DNA from: a virus
IMG/VR virus record: IMGVR_UViG_3300037606_000137
Coordinates: 32,001 to 96,000 of that record
Direction: 5' to 3' (one strand)
Length of the DNA: 64,000 nt
Below the pieces are notes generated by a model. That model ran no database searches. It saw nothing but the letters and a program-made list of their open reading frames with translations, and was not told the origin of the DNA. Every line of letters starts with the position of its first letter. Position 1 is the first letter of the stretch. A program made the translations under genes and the position numbers. Positions 18,634 through 30,452 of this stretch are shown here, piece after piece.

Positions 18634-19974
18634 ATGAGAACATTAAAAGAAATTATAAAATTATTAGATATTAAAACTAAATCAAAAGATTTAAAAAAGG
18701 TTTTATATGATAAATTAATTAAAAACAAAATAAATATGAAAGAACAAATTAAATCATTTTTATTAAAAATTAAAATACAACTAAAATTAGTTAATTGGAA
18801 TTCTATATCACAATATCAAAAATTGTCTGAAGATTTTATGAGAGAACATAAAGATTATGTTAATTGGCATTCTATATCATATTATCAAAAGTTATCAGAA
18901 TCATTTATAACAGAACATAAAGATAAAGTTAATTGGGAACGTATATCAAGTAATCAAAAGTTATCTGAATCTTTTATTACAGAACATAAAGATAGTGTTG
19001 ATTGGAATGCTATATCACAATTTCAAAATTTATCTGAATCTTTCATATCAGAACATAAAGATTATGTTTATTGGTATAATATATCTTGTTATCAAATGTT
19101 ATCTGAATCTTTTATTACAGAACATAAAGATAAAGTTAATTGGGAACGTATATCTTGTTATCAAAACTTATCAGAAGAATTCATTACAGAACATAAAGAT
19201 AAAGTTTCTTGGTATGATATATCACAATATAAAAAATTAACTGAATCATTCATTACAGAATTTAAAGATTATGTTGATTGGGAATGTATTTCACATTATA
19301 AAAAATTAACTGAATCATTCATTGAAAAACATAAAGATGAAGTTTTTTGGCCTTTTATATGTGAATATCAAAAGTTATCAGATTCATTTATAACTAAATT
19401 TCAAGATTATGTTGATTGGTATCGTATATCAAAATATCAAAATTTATCTGAAGAATTCATTACAGAACATAAAGATAAAGTTTCTTGGACATGTATTTCA
19501 AAATTTCAAAAATTATCGGAAGAATTTATAATTGAATATAAAGATTTAATTGATTGGTCTATTATATCAAAATTTCAAAAATTATCTGAATCATTCATAT
19601 CAGAACATAAATTAGAATTGAATCCTAATAGTTGGTTATATAAGGATGGTGATTATAAATTGGAAGCTATTAGAAAGACTGGTTTATATACAACTGATGA
19701 TAATTATGTTTATGGATTTAAAGGTATTAGACGGGATCGTTATAGTAAATTTAACTTTCAATTTCAATACTTAAAAGGTCAAGAATATGAATGTCATGCT
19801 GATTTCAATAATGATAATGAAAATTCATTTGGTTTGTCTGTTTGGACAAAAAAAGAAGCAACTGATTATTGTAAACAATTGGTTGTTGAAGTTAAAATAC
19901 ACAAAGATGATTTATCAGCATTAGTGCATAATGGTGGTAAAATTCGATGCCAAAAGTTTACAATTTTAAATTAA
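18634..19974 (+). CDS. 22-aa tryptophan-repeat protein with a C-terminal globular domain
   Basis: ~13 repeats of V.W..IS.YQKLSE.FI.EHKD. Confidence 0.8.
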   Translation: MRTLKEIIKLLDIKTKSKDLKKVLYDKLIKNKINMKEQIKSFLLKIKIQLKLVNWNSISQYQKLSEDFMREHKDYVNWHSISYYQKLSESFITEHKDKVNWERISSNQKLSESFITEHKDSVDWNAISQFQNLSESFISEHKDYVYWYNISCYQMLSESFITEHKDKVNWERISCYQNLSEEFITEHKDKVSWYDISQYKKLTESFITEFKDYVDWECISHYKKLTESFIEKHKDEVFWPFICEYQKLSDSFITKFQDYVDWYRISKYQNLSEEFITEHKDKVSWTCISKFQKLSEEFIIEYKDLIDWSIISKFQKLSESFISEHKLELNPNSWLYKDGDYKLEAIRKTGLYTTDDNYVYGFKGIRRDRYSKFNFQFQYLKGQEYECHADFNNDNENSFGLSVWTKKEATDYCKQLVVEVKIHKDDLSALVHNGGKIRCQKFTILN

Positions 19975-19982
19975 TTATTAGT

Positions 19983-21236
19983 ATGAATTTTCAATTATTT
20001 ACAAAAACAAAAATAGAAAAAATTAAAAGTAATCATTCTTATGGTATACTTATTGAAGTTGGTGCTGGATGTCCGGTTTATAATGAATTATGTCAATATC
20101 AAAACACAGCTTCAAAAATTGTAATGTATGCAGAATCACCGAATTCTTGGATATATAATCAATTTAAATATAAAAATGAAAATGTAAGAGCAATATCAGC
20201 TGAAATTTGTCGTAATTTTATAGAACAAAAAAAGAATCATCATGGAATGTTAATTAATTTTGAATTAGTTAATACAATTCAAATTGCTAATGATGATAAA
20301 ACACAAACACATGGATGGTTTGGTTTAAAATATTTAGATGAAATTAAGTATTACCATTTTACTATTTCAAATAAAACAACAGACAGAAAATATTTATGTG
20401 AAATTATTTCAAAAATTGGTTTAGATATTTTAGCATCACAAAACAATGTAGAATTGTTAGATAATGGTTATATAGATCAAATTTTAGATAATAATTTAAA
20501 TCAATTAAAAGAAGAAACATTAACTGTTATTATTAATGGTAAATTAAATATTAATAATATCAATAATACAATAACTGTATTTACTCCAGATAATAATATA
20601 ATTAGATTTAATGATTATTTACGGTCTATTCAAAATAGTTCATTAACTGTATTTAAGGGTAGTTTTAATCCAATACATAAACAACATATCAATTTAATAG
20701 AAAGTGCACGAAAAGAGCTTAAATGTGATAATACAGTACTTTGTATTTCTGTTTACAATAGAGATATAACTAAAAAAATATGTGCAGAAAATTTATTAAA
20801 GCGTATACAAATATTAAATGATTTAGGATATACTGTTTTAATAGATTGTTTAGGACAATATCATTATTCATATACGTCAATGTTAAACAATGTCAATTTT
20901 AAAAATATAGAATTAAATTACATTATGGGTTCTGATATTATAAAAAGATTTTTACTTGATGAAGATGTTTATATAAAAGAGAAATCAAATAAAAACATTA
21001 CAGATTTTAATAATAAATGGGATAAATGTAATTTTCATTATGTATGTCGTGATGGTGTGTGTGATGTTAAAAAACATATTAATATAGATTTATTAAATGT
21101 TAAACATATGGATATTCATTATAACGAAATATCATCAACACAAATTAGACAATTACTATTGAATGAAGATTATGATACATTAAAAGAATTAGTTGGTGAT
21201 GAAATATTAACATTATATAAAAAACATAAAATATGA
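19983..21236 (+). CDS. NMN/NaMN adenylyltransferase-like protein with a possible CinA-like N-terminal domain
   Basis: GSFNPIHKQH, IMGSD, ISSTQIR motifs. Confidence 0.7.
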   Translation: MNFQLFTKTKIEKIKSNHSYGILIEVGAGCPVYNELCQYQNTASKIVMYAESPNSWIYNQFKYKNENVRAISAEICRNFIEQKKNHHGMLINFELVNTIQIANDDKTQTHGWFGLKYLDEIKYYHFTISNKTTDRKYLCEIISKIGLDILASQNNVELLDNGYIDQILDNNLNQLKEETLTVIINGKLNINNINNTITVFTPDNNIIRFNDYLRSIQNSSLTVFKGSFNPIHKQHINLIESARKELKCDNTVLCISVYNRDITKKICAENLLKRIQILNDLGYTVLIDCLGQYHYSYTSMLNNVNFKNIELNYIMGSDIIKRFLLDEDVYIKEKSNKNITDFNNKWDKCNFHYVCRDGVCDVKKHINIDLLNVKHMDIHYNEISSTQIRQLLLNEDYDTLKELVGDEILTLYKKHKI

Positions 21237-21547
21237 AAGAACATATATTAAAACGATTTGGTACAAAAGAATTTGAATTTAAAAATGATGTTTTTTATAC
21301 AGATGAATATTGTATAACAACATACAATTATACTGAAGGATTTGGAATTATGTTTCATCCAACACGTGATAATGGTAAAACATATCAATTACATAAAGGC
21401 ACAAAAATTTATAAACGACCAAAAAAATCAGAAATTGTATTATGTGATACTATTTATAATACTATGATACAAAATGTATCACCATTTTTTAAATGTTTAG
21501 TAAGTGACGATTATACCAATTACGAAGAATATATACAAAAACCATAA
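21233..21547 (+). CDS. Hypothetical protein
   Basis: ATGA-coupled ORF. Confidence 0.55.
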   Translation: MKEHILKRFGTKEFEFKNDVFYTDEYCITTYNYTEGFGIMFHPTRDNGKTYQLHKGTKIYKRPKKSEIVLCDTIYNTMIQNVSPFFKCLVSDDYTNYEEYIQKP

Positions 21548-21690
21548 AATAATTATATTATAATTGTAGTTTAATAATTAAAAATATTTATTATATTTGC
21601 AATAAAATGTATTACAATTAAAACAATTATATAAAATAACATATAAACTATAAGTAAAAATTAATTAATTAATAAATAAAAAATAAAATT

Positions 21691-23142
21691 ATGAAACATT
21701 TTCAAAGCATGTGGAATATCATGCTCGCAACAGATAGCTATAAAGCTACACATCACGGTATGTTACCAAAAGGATTAACATATATGGAATCTTATGGTGA
21801 ATCAAGAGGTGGAGACTATCCATTTACGTTATTTTTTGGTATGCAATATTATTTAAAATCGTATTTAGTTGGTCAACAAGTCACAGAACAAAAAATTCAA
21901 GATGCTGTTAAATTTTATAATGCACATTTTGGTGTAGATAATATGTTTAATGAAGATGGTTGGAGATATATTCTTGATAAATACGATGGAAATTTACCTT
22001 TAAAAATAGAATCAGTAAAAGAAGGATCTATTGTACCAACAAAAAATATGTTATATAAAATTTCATCTACAGATGAAAAATGTGCATGGTTAGTAAATTG
22101 GGTAGAAACATTATTAATGAAATTATGGTACCCAATTACAGTTGCTACAAATTCATTAGCTGGTATGGAAATTGTCAACATACATGCAGAAAAATCAGGA
22201 ACTAAGTCAGGTAATGAATTTAAGTTAGTTGATTTTGGTTATAGAGGTGTTGCAAGTGAAGAACAAGCATGGCTTGGTGGTGCAGCAAATTTATTATCAT
22301 TTAAAGCTACAGATACCGTTGCTGGTATTAGAATGTTGATGGAATATTATGATGCACCAATGTGCGGATATTCAATTCCTGCAACAGAACATATGGTTAT
22401 GACAATTAGAGGTCGTGATTTTGAAAGAGAAACATATAAACAAATTTTATCTGATCCTAAATACCGTAGTGGTAAATTAGCATTAGTTTCTGATACATAT
22501 GATATTTATGCAGTATGTCGAATGTTATCAGAAGATACTGAATTAAAAGAATTAATTTTAAGTAGAAATGGACAATTGATTATACGTCCTGATTCAGGTG
22601 ATCCACAAGATGTTTTACTTAAATGTTTAGAAATTTTAGGTGATGGTTTTGGTTATACCGTAAATGAAAAAGGATATAAAGTATTAAATCCAAAAATTGG
22701 TTTATTACAAGGTGATGGTATTACAATATATACTATGCATGAAATAATGGAATATTTAGAAAGTGCAACAAATATGTGGTCATTTGATAATATAGCATTT
22801 GGTTCAGGTGGTGGATTATTGCAACACTTTAATAGAGATTCATTAAAATTTGCAATTAAAGCATGTTATGCAGTAACTGATGGTGTTGCTATTGATGTAT
22901 ATAAGGATCCAATTACAGGATCAGGTAAAACATCTAAGAAAGGACAATTATATACTGTATGGAATGATAAAACCGGATATGAAACAATTACAAAAGCAGA
23001 ATTTGAAACTAATAATAGTACAAATATGTTACAAGCTGTATTTTTAAATGGTGTTTTATATAACGAACAAACATATCAAGATATTATTGATACAAAAAAC
23101 AATGAAATAAAAAAATTAGAGAATTTAGAAGATGACAAATAA
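21691..23142 (+). CDS. nadV: Nicotinamide phosphoribosyltransferase
   Basis: TDSYKATH, DFGYRG, IPATEH, SDTYD, IRPDSGDP, FGSGGGLLQ. Confidence 0.95.
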   Translation: MKHFQSMWNIMLATDSYKATHHGMLPKGLTYMESYGESRGGDYPFTLFFGMQYYLKSYLVGQQVTEQKIQDAVKFYNAHFGVDNMFNEDGWRYILDKYDGNLPLKIESVKEGSIVPTKNMLYKISSTDEKCAWLVNWVETLLMKLWYPITVATNSLAGMEIVNIHAEKSGTKSGNEFKLVDFGYRGVASEEQAWLGGAANLLSFKATDTVAGIRMLMEYYDAPMCGYSIPATEHMVMTIRGRDFERETYKQILSDPKYRSGKLALVSDTYDIYAVCRMLSEDTELKELILSRNGQLIIRPDSGDPQDVLLKCLEILGDGFGYTVNEKGYKVLNPKIGLLQGDGITIYTMHEIMEYLESATNMWSFDNIAFGSGGGLLQHFNRDSLKFAIKACYAVTDGVAIDVYKDPITGSGKTSKKGQLYTVWNDKTGYETITKAEFETNNSTNMLQAVFLNGVLYNEQTYQDIIDTKNNEIKKLENLEDDK

Positions 23143-23473
23143 AACAAATTATGCAATTATATCAATAATTTATGAGGATAAAAAATATAAATCTATATTA
23201 TTAGACATTGATGACGATTTAGATAACAGAGAATTAGTTACATTATTATCTGAATCAGGAACAACAAAATTATCAATGTTTAAAATGCCTACAAGTAAAA
23301 CAAAATTTATAATATTTTCAAGAGAACAATTAGATAAAGCAGTATTTGAAATTGAGTTATTAACAAAAATAAATAAAACGATAACTACTTGGGATGAAAG
23401 TAATGAAAATGAAATGATAAAATCATAAAAAAAGAGACTTATTAATAAATAAGTCTTTTTTTATATATATATT

Positions 23474-24283
23474 ATGAAAATCATACAACCTTTTGATTTA
23501 ACAAAAACATCAATTGAATCATTATTAAATGATAAAAAAATTTTATTAGCTAAAGATAATAAATCTTGGAGCGCATCAATATTTCCATTATCTAAAAAAT
23601 TAAATAATATTACAACATTTGATAAAGACCATATAATAACACAAATAGATGATAAATTATTTGATGATTTTTTAATAGCTGATAATGTTAATCAAACAAT
23701 TTATAATATTACTAATACCAAAAGAGATTATATAAAATGTATTGAAATTGGTGATATTAATGATAGTATAAAAAGATATACACAATTAAATGTGTCTGTT
23801 GATTATAATACCGATGCACAAAAATTTTTAAATATACCAAATCAAGATTATTCACAAAATACAAATTTAAATATTTCTAATAGAAATATATATCAATCTG
23901 AAATTGATATATTAATGAGTAAAAATAAAAAAAATAATATTTTTGATAACAATATTAATCATCCACATATTAATCAATATAATCAATCTAATAATCTAAC
24001 AAAAAATAATAATAAATCTATTATTATACAAATATTTAAGTGGGCAAAAGAAAAAGGTATTAAATATATTTATTGTATAAATGAAAATAGACCTAATGTA
24101 ATAAACAATCAATATGTTTTACCATTTGTATACTATACTATTAAAGGAACATATGATAAACAAAATACATTATTTAATGGTAATTTTGGAACAGGTAGTC
24201 AATCAATAGAAATATATACAAATATTATAGATGAATTTAATAATGATATAATAGATGAAAATAATATTGAATTAATTTATTAA
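23474..24283 (+). CDS. Hypothetical protein
   Basis: 269-aa ORF. Confidence 0.55.
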   Translation: MKIIQPFDLTKTSIESLLNDKKILLAKDNKSWSASIFPLSKKLNNITTFDKDHIITQIDDKLFDDFLIADNVNQTIYNITNTKRDYIKCIEIGDINDSIKRYTQLNVSVDYNTDAQKFLNIPNQDYSQNTNLNISNRNIYQSEIDILMSKNKKNNIFDNNINHPHINQYNQSNNLTKNNNKSIIIQIFKWAKEKGIKYIYCINENRPNVINNQYVLPFVYYTIKGTYDKQNTLFNGNFGTGSQSIEIYTNIIDEFNNDIIDENNIELIY

Positions 24284-24305
24284 AATAAAAAATAAGCATA
24301 CATAT

Positions 24306-25583
24306 ATGACACCACCAGCAAAAAAACAAATAAAAGATTTTGAAGAGACATTAACTATAAATAATTTATCGTTACATTTAATACAATTTTGGGATAGTTT
24401 AAATAATAAATATATTACCAAAACATTAAAACATTCAACATTAATAAATAGTATAAGTGGTGTAAATATACTGTTTAATGATTTTTTAGTGTTAATTACT
24501 AATGCACAATTAATACCACAAACAGTTTATAGAATAACAGATTATAAATCTTTTAATTATTTAAATGGATATAACAATTTCATTGATGGAATTCCATCAA
24601 CAACAAATTTTGATACTACTGCAATTTATGAAAGTTTAGAAGAAGTTATTTTAGTAACAGCAATAACTAATAATAAAATAGCACCGTTTACATATAGTGA
24701 AACATATCCTAATGATATTATATATTATGATCCAACAATTACTGGTATCAATACTAAAGGTAGAATTTTTAGACGAATAGATACAAAATTTAACATTGAT
24801 GTATGTTGTGATTGGAGAAATATAAAATATAGACGATTTAATGCATCAACTTTAAGTGGTATAACTGGATATATTACTATTGGTAATATGAATAGTGCAT
24901 ATATTGATACTATTAATTTAAACGATTTTAATGATTTTAATATATTTAACAATAGTCCAGCAGCAACAAATTGTTTTAATATAGTTATTAAAACAGTACA
25001 CGATAATAATTTTATATCATTTGATAATAATATTATTGTAAGTGGTAATAATGTTAATATATCATGTTCAACATTTTTTAATAATTATATAGAACAAGCA
25101 ACTAACTTAAAAATGATGGATGAAGATGTTAAGAATAATATATTTAATAATATATATTTATGTAATTTTGAGTCTAATTGTATATCAAATGATATTTTCT
25201 TTATAAGAGGATGTAATATTAAAAATATTTTTAGAGACAATATTATACGTGATAATTTTGCAAGTAATAATATTAATACACCTTTTACCAATAATATTAT
25301 TGGTAAAACCTTCACAAATAATCAAATTAATGGTGAATTTACATACAATAATATCCAAAATGATTTTAAATTGAATATTATTAATAACACATTTAATAAT
25401 AATATTGTGTTAACTAATTTTCAAGTTAATATATTTAACACTATTGTTGATCTAATTGATTTTTCAGCAGCAACACATGTTTATAATGATTATACCTGTA
25501 CAACATTGATCGGTAGTAATGGTACTAATTATTTACAATATTTTGATGGTACAACAACACAAACAACTGGTCTAAATTTATAA
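24306..25583 (+). CDS. Beta-helix, tail-fibre-like structural protein
   Basis: YRITDY motif; Asn-rich F..N.I...F..N repeats. Confidence 0.6.
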   Translation: MTPPAKKQIKDFEETLTINNLSLHLIQFWDSLNNKYITKTLKHSTLINSISGVNILFNDFLVLITNAQLIPQTVYRITDYKSFNYLNGYNNFIDGIPSTTNFDTTAIYESLEEVILVTAITNNKIAPFTYSETYPNDIIYYDPTITGINTKGRIFRRIDTKFNIDVCCDWRNIKYRRFNASTLSGITGYITIGNMNSAYIDTINLNDFNDFNIFNNSPAATNCFNIVIKTVHDNNFISFDNNIIVSGNNVNISCSTFFNNYIEQATNLKMMDEDVKNNIFNNIYLCNFESNCISNDIFFIRGCNIKNIFRDNIIRDNFASNNINTPFTNNIIGKTFTNNQINGEFTYNNIQNDFKLNIINNTFNNNIVLTNFQVNIFNTIVDLIDFSAATHVYNDYTCTTLIGSNGTNYLQYFDGTTTQTTGLNL

Positions 25584-25612
25584 ACATTTAAATAAAATTT
25601 CATATAAATTAT

Positions 25613-26146
25613 ATGAAATTAATAATAGTTGGTGCATCTGGGAGTGGAAAAGATTACGCATTAAATACATTACGTAAAAACGGATTAAATTGTGCTGTTA
25701 AATATACAACACGACCTAATAGAAATTTTGAAGAAAATGGTATTGATTATCATTTTATAAAAAATGATCAATTTGAAAAAATGATCATTAATAATACTAT
25801 GTGTGTATATCAATCATTTAATATAAATAATGATATATGGTATTATGGTTTTTCTTCAAATAGTTTTCAAGAAAATGATATTTTTATATTAACACCAAAA
25901 GAGTTATTACATTTAGCACTAGATATTAGACAAAATTGTATTGTTTTATATTTAAATATAGATAAAGAAACCAGATATAATAGATTAATTTCACGTAATG
26001 ATAATAATGATGATATAAATCGTAGAATTTTATCAGATGAAAAAGATTTTGAAAATTTTAAAGAGTACGATATTCAAATTAGTAATTCAAATTTCCATAT
26101 ACAACAGATCTACATGGCATTAAATTTAATATATAATTATAAATAA
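25613..26146 (+). CDS. gmk: Guanylate kinase-like NMP kinase
   Basis: GASGSGKD; YTTRP.R..E..G.DYHF; WYYG. Confidence 0.9.
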   Translation: MKLIIVGASGSGKDYALNTLRKNGLNCAVKYTTRPNRNFEENGIDYHFIKNDQFEKMIINNTMCVYQSFNINNDIWYYGFSSNSFQENDIFILTPKELLHLALDIRQNCIVLYLNIDKETRYNRLISRNDNNDDINRRILSDEKDFENFKEYDIQISNSNFHIQQIYMALNLIYNYK

Positions 26147-26159
26147 TTACAATAATAAA

Positions 26160-26882
26160 ATGGAATTAGCATCATGGATAAAAAAAGATAATGATAAATT
26201 TCCAATATTAGGTTTAGAAAGTTTTAATACGTTTTTAAAAGTATGTGCAGAATTTTCTGAGTGGGCATTAGACGATATAGGACTATCAAATAGAAATAAT
26301 TCATATAAAATTTGGGTTTGTAAAATTAAACCAGAACAAATAAATAAAGTAAAAGAGATATTAGAACGTTATACATCAATGGCATTAATATTACAATATT
26401 ATAATATTAATATTGTTGAAAATAATGCCATTGCATTATATGTTAAATTAGATTGGGAAGAAAATAAATGGGTTATGAGTTATGGTATAACAAATAATAA
26501 AAAATTATTTAAAGGTGGTGAATTTGATTATACTTTTAATACTGAATTACCAGAAAATAAAATATTAAAATATATTATAGAAGATATAAATGATTTTAAT
26601 CCACGAGAACATTTATTATTATTCATCATTAAAAAAAATATATTTTTATTTGATCCTGGTTATTGTCAAATTTCAGATCCTTTAATAGTTGATAAAGAAA
26701 TTGTATTATCAACATATAATTTAGGTCAATGGATAGAACAAGATATAGCTTTAGGTGAAGCTGAAAAATATTTAAATGTATTTAAAAACTGGGTTAAAAC
26801 ACAAAAATGGTGGAACCAAGTTCATTTAATTGTTAGACCAAGAAAAAATAAATGGATGGATTTTGTAATTAAATTAAAATAA
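26160..26882 (+). CDS. Hypothetical protein
   Basis: 240-aa ORF. Confidence 0.6.
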   Translation: MELASWIKKDNDKFPILGLESFNTFLKVCAEFSEWALDDIGLSNRNNSYKIWVCKIKPEQINKVKEILERYTSMALILQYYNINIVENNAIALYVKLDWEENKWVMSYGITNNKKLFKGGEFDYTFNTELPENKILKYIIEDINDFNPREHLLLFIIKKNIFLFDPGYCQISDPLIVDKEIVLSTYNLGQWIEQDIALGEAEKYLNVFKNWVKTQKWWNQVHLIVRPRKNKWMDFVIKLK

Positions 26883-26929
26883 TTTATATATTTGTATTAA
26901 ACTTTTATTAATACACTAATATAATAAAT

Positions 26930-27448
26930 ATGAATAAAGAAATTAACATAGTTTATATGGATTTTGATGGTTGCATTGCAGATACCCCACATCATGATTT
27001 TGGTAAACAACAATGGTCTGATTATTACGGTATACCATATCCACATATTGGTTGGTGGGGCAGATTAGAATCAATGGATCCTGTTGCATTTAATATTAAA
27101 ACACATCCAGAACAACATGCAGAATGGATTAAATATAATGCTTTAGGGTATAAATCATATATTCATACATCACGTCAACCGAAATTTGAACCATTAATTG
27201 CTGGTATTTTAAAAAATAACAATATAAATGTTGATGGTATTTTAACAGTTAAAGGAAACATTACTAAAGGTGAAAGAATTTTACTAGAAGTTAAATCGTT
27301 TATTGAAAATGGTTATGTTGTAAAAAATGTTGTTTTTTTCGATGATAGACAAAAAGAAATTGTTACAGTAGAAGCAGTTAAAGAAGAATTAAATCAACTA
27401 GGTGTATTAATCGATATTATTAAAGTAGAATCTGATGCATTAGATTAA
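26930..27448 (+). CDS. HAD-family phosphatase (RNA-repair-like HAD)
   Basis: DFDGC..DTP; TSR; K; FFDDR. Confidence 0.75.
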   Translation: MNKEINIVYMDFDGCIADTPHHDFGKQQWSDYYGIPYPHIGWWGRLESMDPVAFNIKTHPEQHAEWIKYNALGYKSYIHTSRQPKFEPLIAGILKNNNINVDGILTVKGNITKGERILLEVKSFIENGYVVKNVVFFDDRQKEIVTVEAVKEELNQLGVLIDIIKVESDALD

Positions 27449-27773
27449 TTCAAAATGAAATAAAATAAAATTTATAACCTTGATAATATTATCAAGGTTT
27501 TTTTTAAACAAAAAATTAATAATTCATATAAATGTATGTTAAATGAAACAGAAAATTTATTAGCGCTTGTAAACAATGATGCTAAAGTAAAACAAATTAA
27601 AAGAGCAATAAGATTAAATAAATTTTTAAAAATTAAAAAAATTTTAAAAATTATTGTATTAATATTTTTAGGTGTTGTATTATTATTTTTTCCTGTTCAA
27701 ACTGGTACAATTATTGGTACATGGATAAATGAATTTTTTGTAACAATTTATAAAAATATTATTAAATAAAAGA

Positions 27774-28448
27774 ATGGAAAACGCAAAAGACATAGCTGAA
27801 GAGTTATATAGAAGTTTTAAATCTCAAGTACTTTGGAAAGAAGTTGATTTTAAACGTATTGAAAAATTCAAAAAGATTATATCTCGTAGGTTTATATTAG
27901 AATTAAATACAGAAGTTCAAAAATTATCTATTAGTAGTGAAGAAATTATAGAAATAAAAAAAGTTGCTGATACATTAGTTTTACCAACAGATAATTTAGT
28001 TCAAGTAGATCATCAAACACTATTACAAAGAATTGTTGAAGCACAAGATGAACAATTTAATATAAATGAAAATAATATAATTGAAAACGATTTTCCTACT
28101 CAAGGTATAGATGCAGCTAAAGTACTTATGTCTGAATTAAATAAAGCTGTAAATTTGTTAAAAGATAAAAGATATTTTATTACAATTGAATGTGATGGAA
28201 TTATTAAAAAACCAAATTTTCAATTATTTAAAGATGCAGATATAATTGAAAAAAATTTTAGAACAGATCAAATAACACGACAAAGATCAATATTTAAAGG
28301 ATATGTTGATACACATGATAGAGTAAATATATATGAAACAATAAAAGAATATTTTATAAATGCTGGTATATCTGATATAATCGAAGTTTCTATTGATGAA
28401 ATACCTGTACGATATAAAGATATTTGGCAAAATAGAACAAAATTATAA
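27774..28448 (+). CDS. Hypothetical protein
   Basis: 224-aa ORF. Confidence 0.6.
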   Translation: MENAKDIAEELYRSFKSQVLWKEVDFKRIEKFKKIISRRFILELNTEVQKLSISSEEIIEIKKVADTLVLPTDNLVQVDHQTLLQRIVEAQDEQFNINENNIIENDFPTQGIDAAKVLMSELNKAVNLLKDKRYFITIECDGIIKKPNFQLFKDADIIEKNFRTDQITRQRSIFKGYVDTHDRVNIYETIKEYFINAGISDIIEVSIDEIPVRYKDIWQNRTKL

Positions 28449-28517
28449 ATAATATAAAAAAATTCAACACATGTTGGATTTTTTTGTTTATATTTGTTTA
28501 ATAAAAAAATAAAAAAT

Positions 28518-28901
28518 ATGCAAAAAAATGTTAGTGTTGTATTGATTAACGAGCACGGTAACGTGTTATGTGTTTCAAGAAAAGATAATCATTTAGATTT
28601 TGGAATGCCTGCTGGAAAAGTTGATGATACTGATTTAAATGAATTGGAAGCAGCTCATCGTGAAGTAAAAGAAGAAACCGGATTAGATATAAATAATTTA
28701 AGATTGATTTATGCTAATTGTGAAAATGAATCTATGGGATATACATATTTAGCAGATTATTCAGGTGTAATTGAGTTTAACGAACCACATGTTGTTAAAT
28801 GGGGTTCATTTAAAGATTTAATTGCTGGAACTTTCAGTAAATGGAATGAAAATGTATACAATTCATTAATTGAAATGAAAATTAATGTAAATATTAAATA
28901 A
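28518..28901 (+). CDS. Nudix hydrolase
   Basis: AGKVD...EAAHREVKEETGL. Confidence 0.9.
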   Translation: MQKNVSVVLINEHGNVLCVSRKDNHLDFGMPAGKVDDTDLNELEAAHREVKEETGLDINNLRLIYANCENESMGYTYLADYSGVIEFNEPHVVKWGSFKDLIAGTFSKWNENVYNSLIEMKINVNIK

Positions 28902-28966
28902 AATATTTTTTATTCAAAAAGTTTAGTATATTTGTCGAGTATAAATTAAATAAATTAAAATATAAT

Positions 28967-29890
28967 ATGTCAAAATTTAACATTCATGCAAAATTAACAA
29001 TAATTGAACAGGATTCAATTGATAAATATTTACAAGAATTGCGTTTAGATAAAACAACTACGCCGTTATCTCGAGCTGAACAAAATAGTTTATTTAGTCA
29101 ATACAAAATGACAGGTGACAAACTAATTAAAGATCGTTTAATTAAATCAAATTTACGATGGGTTATATCTGTTGCAAAACAATATACTTATACAAAAGTT
29201 AAATTAGCAGATTTAATTAATGAAGGAAATATTGGTATGATTGAAGCAATAGATAAATTTGATGTTTCTCGAGAAACGTCATTTATTACATTTGCGACAA
29301 ATTACATTAGATTAGCTATAACATCATATATTAATGACGTTGCTGTAGATATTCCACAACCAGCTAATCGTTTTAGAATTAATCGTTTAATTAAAAAAGC
29401 ATTATTAGATTTAAAAATATGTGGAAACAATACACCATCAGATTATCAATTAGTTGAATATTATGCATCAATTAAAAAACAATGTGATCCAATTTTAAGT
29501 GTTTCATTATTGAATGAAGTAAGAAACAATTCTAAAGATTTTGTATCAATGCATACAAGTGTATCATCTAGTAGTGAAGATTATGAATTAATTGATACAT
29601 TTAAATCTTCAAAAGAATGGAATGCAGATTTTGAAATGGAAAAAACTGAAAAAACAAATATTTTAAATGAATATTTAAAAAAACATTTAAATGAGCGTGA
29701 ATTAGAAATTATAACAATGTCATTTGGTTTAATCACACAACTGTCAATGACAAATGAAGAAATTTCATTTCGAACAGGATATACTCGTGAAAGAGTTGGA
29801 CAAATCATAAAAGAAGGTGTTAAAAAATTAAGTAAAAATAAAAACATTTTAAATGGTTTAAGTGAAACAAACTATAGCATTGTTTCTTAA
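28967..29890 (+). CDS. Sigma-70 (RpoD/RpoS-like) factor
   Basis: SNLRWVISVAKQY, DLINEGNIGMIEAIDKFD, TRERVGQI. Confidence 0.92.
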   Translation: MSKFNIHAKLTIIEQDSIDKYLQELRLDKTTTPLSRAEQNSLFSQYKMTGDKLIKDRLIKSNLRWVISVAKQYTYTKVKLADLINEGNIGMIEAIDKFDVSRETSFITFATNYIRLAITSYINDVAVDIPQPANRFRINRLIKKALLDLKICGNNTPSDYQLVEYYASIKKQCDPILSVSLLNEVRNNSKDFVSMHTSVSSSSEDYELIDTFKSSKEWNADFEMEKTEKTNILNEYLKKHLNERELEIITMSFGLITQLSMTNEEISFRTGYTRERVGQIIKEGVKKLSKNKNILNGLSETNYSIVS

Positions 29891-29966
29891 AAAAATAAAA
29901 TAATAAACCCCACACTTTTATGTGTGGGGTTTAATTTATATAATTGTTTAGATATTAAAAAAATAT

Positions 29967-30452
29967 ATGGAGAGTAATTATACTGATTGTTTACAATATA
30001 TACCAGATTTAAAAAAATATGTTAAAAAATGTGTAGGCGGAAGTGAATGGGAAGATGTTGTACAAGATACATTGTTATATTTATTTTTAAAGTATGATAA
30101 TATTAATGTTACAAATGTTAAAGGTTTATTAATAAATACATCACTATTTTTTATAAAAAAACATTTATCATATAATAGTAAAGTAAATACGTGTGAAATT
30201 AATGATACAAATATTATTATAGATTATAATAATGCAAATATTAAAATTGGAAAATATAATTCTATTTTAATAGATGATACATTATTTAATAATATTAATA
30301 GAGTATCAAAATCTTTATTTATACCATTCCAAATGCAATTAAATGGTAAATCTATAGAAAGTATAGCTAAAGTATTAAAAATAAATGAAAACACTATTAA
30401 AACACGAATAAGACGGTGTAAGTCTGTATTAAGAGAAAATATAATATTATGA
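29967..30452 (+). CDS. ECF-like sigma factor
   Basis: EDVVQDT; SIAKVLKINENTIKTRIRR. Confidence 0.75.
   Translation: MESNYTDCLQYIPDLKKYVKKCVGGSEWEDVVQDTLLYLFLKYDNINVTNVKGLLINTSLFFIKKHLSYNSKVNTCEINDTNIIIDYNNANIKIGKYNSILIDDTLFNNINRVSKSLFIPFQMQLNGKSIESIAKVLKINENTIKTRIRRCKSVLRENIIL

Noticed and set aside
17982-19974. CRISPR array or DGR template/variable repeat pair
   Set aside because: The repeats are in-frame coding units with no spacers, variation is not confined to adenines, and no reverse transcriptase is in the window.
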